From NCBI GenBank assembly GCA_043759365.1, contig JAYVNB010000119.1, forward strand, positions 1 to 43,570: a DNA stretch of 43,570 nucleotides, in the 5' to 3' direction. This stretch comes from Bacteriovoracaceae bacterium. Lineage in GTDB: Bacteria > Bdellovibrionota > UBA1018. Shown piece by piece: positions 36,849-43,570 of this stretch (position 1 is its first letter; each line of letters starts with the position of its first letter). Under the pieces are notes generated by a model. The model saw only the letters and a program-made list of their open reading frames with translations, made no database searches and was not told the DNA's origin. A program made the position numbers and the translations under genes.

Positions 36849-37953
36849 GGATCGAAAGCTTCCGCGCTTCAAGCTCGTAGTCAGCGATTTCCATCTGGGT
36901 AAGGGCCGCTATTTCAGGGACGGGACCCAGAACATCCTCGAGGATTTCGTCTACGATCGCGAATTCGCCGATTTCCTGGACTTTCACCGGGCGGGCGAGT
37001 TCAAGGACGCAGAAGTCGAGTTGATCCTCAACGGGGACATCCTCAACCTCCTGCAGATCGATACTTGGGGAGTGTTCACGCATCTGATCACCGAAAAGAG
37101 CGTGATTCGCGCCGTCGAGCGGATCGTCGCCGGTCACCCCGAATTTTTCCAAGCCTTGCGCCGATGGGCCGCCCATCCCGGGCATACGATCAGCTACGTG
37201 GTGGGCAATCACGACGTGGGCATGCTCTGGGGAGGGCCGCGCGGTGTTTTTTCGCGCGCCTGCGGAGTCAATGTGATGTTTTATGACGTGAGCTATGTTT
37301 TCGACGGTGTCCACGTCGAACATGGGCAGCAGCATGAGAGCTTCGCCCGTATCGACATGAAACGGCCCTTCATCACTCGCGGTCTACCCGAACCCGTCCT
37401 CAACTTGCCCTGGGCCTCGTTGTTCGTGGCGGTAGTCCTTCCCGGCATCAAGCAGGAGCGGGCCCATGTCGACAAGGTCCGACCGTTCCGTACTTTCCTG
37501 ATCTGGGCCGCGATTCACGACTTTTGGTGGGGAGTGAAAACGCTGGCTCGGATCGGGAAGTTCGTCTTCGATACGATCCTCTTCAAGACCCGCTATCGCA
37601 TCCGACACGGCGTGGGCACCTCCTTCGGCTCGCTTCAGGAGATCTCGGTCTACCCGAGCTATGACAAGATCGCCTTCAAGATCCTGGATGACAAAGAGGA
37701 TGTCCATACGGTGATCTTCGGCCACACACACGTGCTTCGGCATCGCAGATACCGTGAGGGGAAACAGTATTTCAACGAAGGCTCGTGGAATGAAGTCACC
37801 AATCTGGATCTGAGCGAGTACGGAACGCGCACGCGCCTCACGTATGCCCACATCGAATACCCCACCGCGGAACCGACCTCAGCCGGCCGGCCTCAGATCC
37901 GACTCAAAGAGTGGAGAGGTTTCTGGCGTCCGGAGATGGACGTCCTAGCTTAG
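36841..37953 (+). CDS. Calcineurin-like metallophosphoesterase
   Basis: SDFHLG, NGDI, GNHD, EHG, GHTH, N.GSW; the start overlaps the cyclase stop (alternative start 36832). Confidence 0.9.
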   Translation: MDEDRKLPRFKLVVSDFHLGKGRYFRDGTQNILEDFVYDREFADFLDFHRAGEFKDAEVELILNGDILNLLQIDTWGVFTHLITEKSVIRAVERIVAGHPEFFQALRRWAAHPGHTISYVVGNHDVGMLWGGPRGVFSRACGVNVMFYDVSYVFDGVHVEHGQQHESFARIDMKRPFITRGLPEPVLNLPWASLFVAVVLPGIKQERAHVDKVRPFRTFLIWAAIHDFWWGVKTLARIGKFVFDTILFKTRYRIRHGVGTSFGSLQEISVYPSYDKIAFKILDDKEDVHTVIFGHTHVLRHRRYREGKQYFNEGSWNEVTNLDLSEYGTRTRLTYAHIEYPTAEPTSAGRPQIRLKEWRGFWRPEMDVLA

Positions 37954-37983
37954 TGAGGGCGCTGGTTCCGTACGTGGCTGGGA

Positions 37984-38316
37984 TCATTGATCCTCCTGGA
38001 TGCCCCGCATTTTCAAGAGGTCGCTCGCCGGCGAGTGGCTCTTTTCGATGCATTCACAGCGGATCTGGTTGTCGCCGTCGGTTCCAGGTGCGCAGCTGAG
38101 TTTCTTTTTCGCGTTCTTATCGCAGGGAACTCCTGCTTGGGCGAAGAGGGCTCGGCAGGCGGTCTCCGGAGTTCCCGATTCGAGGCTGGCTGAACAATCG
38201 CAGTTCCCTTCCTGGATTCGGCACTCTGCGTCTGCCGCGAAAGTAGGGGGGGTCCACGCCAGGATCAAGGTCAACATGATCATCGAGTAGTTGAGGCTTT
38301 TGAAGGTCGGTTTCAA
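37984..38316 (-). CDS. Small secreted Cys-rich protein
   Basis: Signal peptide (MKPTFKS...TFA|A from TTG 38316, or ATG 38283); 8 Cys including two CxC. Confidence 0.6.
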   Translation of the reverse strand: MKPTFKSLNYSMIMLTLILAWTPPTFAADAECRIQEGNCDCSASLESGTPETACRALFAQAGVPCDKNAKKKLSCAPGTDGDNQIRCECIEKSHSPASDLLKMRGIQEDQ

Positions 38317-38413
38317 GGGACGTCTCGCGTAGGTGCTGCAGACTGAAAACGTAGGTCTGTCCTTGAATTCTATTCTGGGATGAAAGTTCCTGAAATGTGT
38401 CCAGACGGACACC

Positions 38414-38440
38414 GTGGAATTTATTTTGTGGAATTTATTT
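38414..38440. repeat. 14-bp-period tandem duplication GTGGAATTTATTT(T)
   Basis: Copies at 38414-38427 and 38428-38440. Confidence 0.85.
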
Positions 38441-38564
38441 CGGATCGCAGGCTTCGGGAGACCCGTAGGCGAAACAAAGGGCTTGGTCCGTGTTTTCGAT
38501 CAAGCTCTCGTCCGAAAGCGGTGCCACCGCGGCGAGATCGGACTCGGATTGAGATTTGCAGTCC

Positions 38565-38945
38565 TCACCGAGATCCGGCAAAAAGGCGGAAGCGGGCCTC
38601 CCCCACGTGGGCTCCCACAGGGCTCGGAAACTTCAGGAAAGGCTGCCAATCGACTTCATGTTTTTCAAAACCGATCTCCATGATCTTTCCGCCCAGGAAA
38701 TTGATTCCCGCATAAGTGTGGTTGACCGAGGAGGTTGGGGGCGGAACGTTGAAGTTGAAGCTGTTGCCAGTGAATTTCCCTGCAGTGACGTACTGCGCAG
38801 TGGTGCCTGAAGAGTGGGTCATCCCTTTTTCGGGGGGCGCCTCGAATTTCTCCGGGGGATAGGGGACTGAGTGGTCCGCCTTCGCCTGCGAGACGAAGAG
38901 TATGATCGAGGCCGTGAGCGCGGCGATAGGGATGAAGCGACGCAT
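38565..38945 (-). CDS. Secreted hypothetical protein, possibly frameshifted near its 3' end
   Basis: Clear signal peptide MRRFIPIAALTASIILFVSQAKA; a protein-like alternative frame continues to TAA at 38435-38437. Confidence 0.55.
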   Translation of the reverse strand: MRRFIPIAALTASIILFVSQAKADHSVPYPPEKFEAPPEKGMTHSSGTTAQYVTAGKFTGNSFNFNVPPPTSSVNHTYAGINFLGGKIMEIGFEKHEVDWQPFLKFPSPVGAHVGEARFRLFAGSR

Positions 38946-39024
38946 GACTCCAGTATATCCTGGAGACCCGGGGATTGAAGCCTGTTCTTGCCCTTCCCCT
39001 TGCGCTCGACTACTCTGCAGGTCC

Positions 39025-39810
39025 ATGAGGGTTATTGCAGTCATTCCTGCTCGGTTCGCCGCAACGCGGCTCCCGGGTAAGCCCCTCTCGGACATCCAAG
39101 GCAAGCCAATGGTTCAGTGGGTTTACGAGCGTGCCCGGCAAGCTCGGGGGCTCGAGCGGGTCATTGTGGCTACCGATGACGAGAGGATCGTGCAGGTCGT
39201 CCGAGGATTCGGGGGGGAGGTCATCATGACTGACCCGGCGCTTCCCAGCGGGACGGACCGAGTCGCCGCAGTGGCCGAAAAGGTCGGAGCGGATGTGTAT
39301 GTGAACGTCCAAGGCGACGAACCCCTGATGAGTCCTCGAGCGATCGAAGCCGCGATGGGCTTGGTGACGTCGGGCAAGTTTCCGATGGCCACCGTCATGC
39401 GCCCATTCAAGAACCCGGGGGATCTAGAAAATCGCAACCTAGTCAAAGTCCTTTCGGACCGAAACGGGCGCGCGCTTTATTTCTCGAGGCTGCCGATCCC
39501 TTACGGTCGCCAACCTGTTCCCCGGGATCCCTTATCGGGCGAAGTTCCCGAAGCGATCGTGCCGCGCAATCACGTCGGCCTGTATGTCTATACTCGCGAG
39601 ACGTTGTTTCGCTTCAGTTCCTTGCCGCCCTCTCCGCTCGAGAGAATGGAAATGCTCGAACAGCTGCGGGCTCTCGAGGATGGAATCCCGATCGGCATCA
39701 CAGAAGTGGATTTCACGTCCTTCGAAGTGAACGACCGGTCCGATCTCGAAAAGATCCGCGCCTATTTCGCCGCTGAAAGCGCCCTAAAAGACAATCAAAG
39801 AGGCAACTGA
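39025..39810 (+). CDS. kdsB: 3-deoxy-manno-octulosonate cytidylyltransferase
   Basis: [41 protein letters not shown]. Confidence 0.97.
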   Translation: MRVIAVIPARFAATRLPGKPLSDIQGKPMVQWVYERARQARGLERVIVATDDERIVQVVRGFGGEVIMTDPALPSGTDRVAAVAEKVGADVYVNVQGDEPLMSPRAIEAAMGLVTSGKFPMATVMRPFKNPGDLENRNLVKVLSDRNGRALYFSRLPIPYGRQPVPRDPLSGEVPEAIVPRNHVGLYVYTRETLFRFSSLPPSPLERMEMLEQLRALEDGIPIGITEVDFTSFEVNDRSDLEKIRAYFAAESALKDNQRGN

Positions 39811-39814
39811 ATCC

Positions 39815-41479
<1,665 letters not shown>

Positions 41480-41480
41480 G

Positions 41481-42383
41481 ATGAGCGTACTCCACCCCGA
41501 TCCTGAACCGATCCTCGCACCGATGACCTTGATCGCGGGCCCCTGCGTGATCGAGGACGAAGGTCTGATCCTCGAAGTCGCATCGGAGCTAAAGCGTCAG
41601 CTTGCCGGACTTCCGGTGAAGCTCTATTTCAAAGCTTCGTTCGACAAGGCCAACCGGACCTCGATCGAAGGGTTTCGCGGCCCTGGACTCGCCGAAGGAA
41701 TGAGGCTTTTGGACAAGGTCAAATCGAAGACCGGGCTTCCCCTGCTGACCGATTTCCACACACCGGATCAAGCGGAGTCGGTTGCTGAAATGATCGATTT
41801 CCTCCAGGTACCGGCGTTCCTTTGTCGGCAGACGGACATGATCATCGCAGCTGCCGAGGCTTGTTTGAAGCATGGCCGTCGACTGAATGTGAAGAAGGGG
41901 CAGTTTCTCGCACCCTGGGACGCCAAAAACATTGTCGAAAAAGTTCACGCAGTCGAAGAGCGCGCGATGAAGCAGGGTTGGCTCAAGTCCAAACCGGATG
42001 CCGAGTGGTTTGCACTCACCGAGCGAGGGGTTTGCCACGGTTACAACACCCTCGTCGTCGACATGGTTTCGTTCCAGACCATGAAGGCGTTCGGCGTTCC
42101 CACGATTTACGATGCTACCCACTCGATCCAATCCCCTGGCGCGGGCGCAGGCGGAAAGAGCACCGGCGGCAAGCGTGAGTACCTTGAGACACTGGCCCGT
42201 GCCGCGATGGCCAGCGGCGCCGATGGGCTCTTCATGGAGTGTCATCCTCGGCCAGCCCAGGCCAAGAGTGACGGTCCGAATGCATTTTACCTGGAGCACG
42301 TGGGGACTTTCGTTCGGCAGCTCCTCGAGATCCGAGCGTTGGTCGCAAAGATGCCGAAGCTCCTCCCGGAGGCCCTGAAATGA
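41481..42383 (+). CDS. kdsA: KDO8P synthase (metal-dependent type, Cys in AGPCVIE)
   Basis: AGPCVIE, KASFDKANRTS, PAFLCRQTD, KKGQF, DATHS, ECHP, SDG. Confidence 0.97.
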   Translation: MSVLHPDPEPILAPMTLIAGPCVIEDEGLILEVASELKRQLAGLPVKLYFKASFDKANRTSIEGFRGPGLAEGMRLLDKVKSKTGLPLLTDFHTPDQAESVAEMIDFLQVPAFLCRQTDMIIAAAEACLKHGRRLNVKKGQFLAPWDAKNIVEKVHAVEERAMKQGWLKSKPDAEWFALTERGVCHGYNTLVVDMVSFQTMKAFGVPTIYDATHSIQSPGAGAGGKSTGGKREYLETLARAAMASGADGLFMECHPRPAQAKSDGPNAFYLEHVGTFVRQLLEIRALVAKMPKLLPEALK

Positions 42384-42904
42384 TCAAGCTCATCGAAACC
42401 CAGGAAATCCAGAACCGCTTGAAGAAAATCAGGCTTTTGATCCTCGACGTCGATGGCGTCATGACGGACGGCCGGATCTTTTGGCTCGAGAGCCACGGTT
42501 GGACCCGTTACTTCCACATCAAGGATGGTTACGGTCTCAAGCTTTTGATGAAGGCGGGCATTCAAGTGGCGGTCATCAGCGGGGGCGACTCCAAAGATGT
42601 CAGGATCCGAATGGAGTTCCTGAAGATTCCTTACGTGTTCCTGGGCGACGAGAACAAGGTCATCGCTCTGGACAAGATCACCGAGGCTACCGGCCTCACG
42701 CACGATCAGATGGCTTTCATGGGTGACGATCTTTTTGACATCCCCGTGCTTGAAAAAATGGGTTTCTCCGCGACTGTGCCCCACGCCGTGGATCCGGTGA
42801 AGGAGCGTGTCCATTACATCACCGAGTCGGCGGGAGGCTGGGGGGCTGTTCGAGAAATCGCCGATGCGATCCGCAAGTCGCAGGGGCTTCCTAATCCTTA
42901 TTGA
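42380..42904 (+). CDS. kdsC: KDO8P phosphatase (HAD family)
   Basis: ATGA overlap; DVDGVMTDG, KDGYG, MGDDLFD, GGWGAVRE. Confidence 0.93.
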   Translation: MIKLIETQEIQNRLKKIRLLILDVDGVMTDGRIFWLESHGWTRYFHIKDGYGLKLLMKAGIQVAVISGGDSKDVRIRMEFLKIPYVFLGDENKVIALDKITEATGLTHDQMAFMGDDLFDIPVLEKMGFSATVPHAVDPVKERVHYITESAGGWGAVREIADAIRKSQGLPNPY

Positions 42905-42971
42905 GGCCGGAGCGGGCGGTGTCAGAAACCCGACAGTTGGGGATCAGTTCCGGTTCCGGTATCCTAGAAGG

Positions 42972-43570
42972 ATGAGCTTTCGTGGAGCAACGCTCCTCCC
43001 TCTTCTGTTGGCTGGCATTTCGCATGCTGCTCCCCCGCGCAACCCCCTCGATTGCGGTTATGGAGGAGAGCAGGGAACGCAGCGAATCTGTCCCGTGGGC
43101 CAGAAACCAGATGCCGCTGTTTGTGATGCTTTCAGTTCGCGAACTCGGTCGGTCCCGCGCACGAGTGACTGCTGCAATGGGAGCTTTCAGAAGAGTGGAA
43201 TTGCGAAGCGCTCGAATGGTGCGCTCTACGACGTTTTTGAATGCGTACCGAGTCTGACGCTTCCGGCAGGCATGCCCGCCTATGTTCCGCGATACTCCAA
43301 CTCCGCTCAAGCCACCGGCTGGTACAAGGCCATCCATGCATTGAATCACACTGGACGCTACGAATTCAGCCCGCTCGCGGTGGTCGTATCCCCGCTCGCC
43401 CTCCCCACCTCAACCCCGATTGCTACGCCGCTCCCGCCTCCTGTAATTTCGCGGACAGTGGACGCGACCTTGCGAGTGAATCCCCAGAACCGCTCGATTC
43501 CTCCATTGAGTGACGCCGAGAAGTCGGCACTTTCGGCGACAGCTGCCGCCGGAGGCGGGCACGCCTGCAA
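42972..43570 (+). CDS. Secreted Cys-rich hypothetical protein, 3'-truncated (absent from the ORF track)
   Basis: Manual translation from ATG 42972 gives MSFRGATLLPLLLAGISHAAPPRNPLDCGYGGEQG... with no stop for 199 codons to the window end; signal peptide, Cys-rich domain, Pro/Thr linker. Confidence 0.75.
   Translation, partial: MSFRGATLLPLLLAGISHAAPPRNPLDCGYGGEQGTQRICPVGQKPDAAVCDAFSSRTRSVPRTSDCCNGSFQKSGIAKRSNGALYDVFECVPSLTLPAGMPAYVPRYSNSAQATGWYKAIHALNHTGRYEFSPLAVVVSPLALPTSTPIATPLPPPVISRTVDATLRVNPQNRSIPPLSDAEKSALSATAAAGGGHAC

Noticed and set aside
35157-36872. 571-aa antisense ORF
   Set aside because: Shadow of the REC-GGDEF gene.
42891-43570. Minus-strand ORFs 42891-43349 and 43358-43570
   Set aside because: The + strand frame from 42972 with a signal peptide explains the region better.

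Overview
A gene-dense, GC-rich bacterial window. Gene content (AglZ-like protein next to a REC-GGDEF cyclase, FliL, bactofilin, a pilin-like surface protein, many Cys-rich secreted orphans, Kdo genes) suggests a predatory Bdellovibrionota/Oligoflexia-type organism; this is an inference. From left to right: five divergent HTTM-domain (vitamin K-dependent carboxylase/SdpB-like) membrane protein genes (243-7860); an exported ankyrin protein; a pilin-like protein with two long Gln-Thr repeat tracts; envelope and metabolic genes (PBP1B, outer-membrane barrel, PaiB, a DEGS-like sphingolipid desaturase, MDR oxidoreductase, fliL, ald, MBL hydrolase, OmpA lipoprotein, epimerase, M16 peptidase pair); a compact candidate signal synthesis-and-sensing cassette (27479-32047: atypical OmpR-type regulator, LuxI/FeeM-like GNAT-fold enzyme, heme-oxygenase-like diiron enzyme, PAS-like orphan, XRE regulator, GAF histidine kinase); a motility/polarity locus (bactofilin, AglZ-like protein, a GGDEF with the Asp-to-Thr change of Hypr cGAMP synthases, and an overlapping metallophosphoesterase gene); and kdsB-pyrG-kdsA-kdsC. 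No rRNA, tRNA, CRISPR array or mobile element was seen. All family calls come from motif recognition by eye, with no database search.
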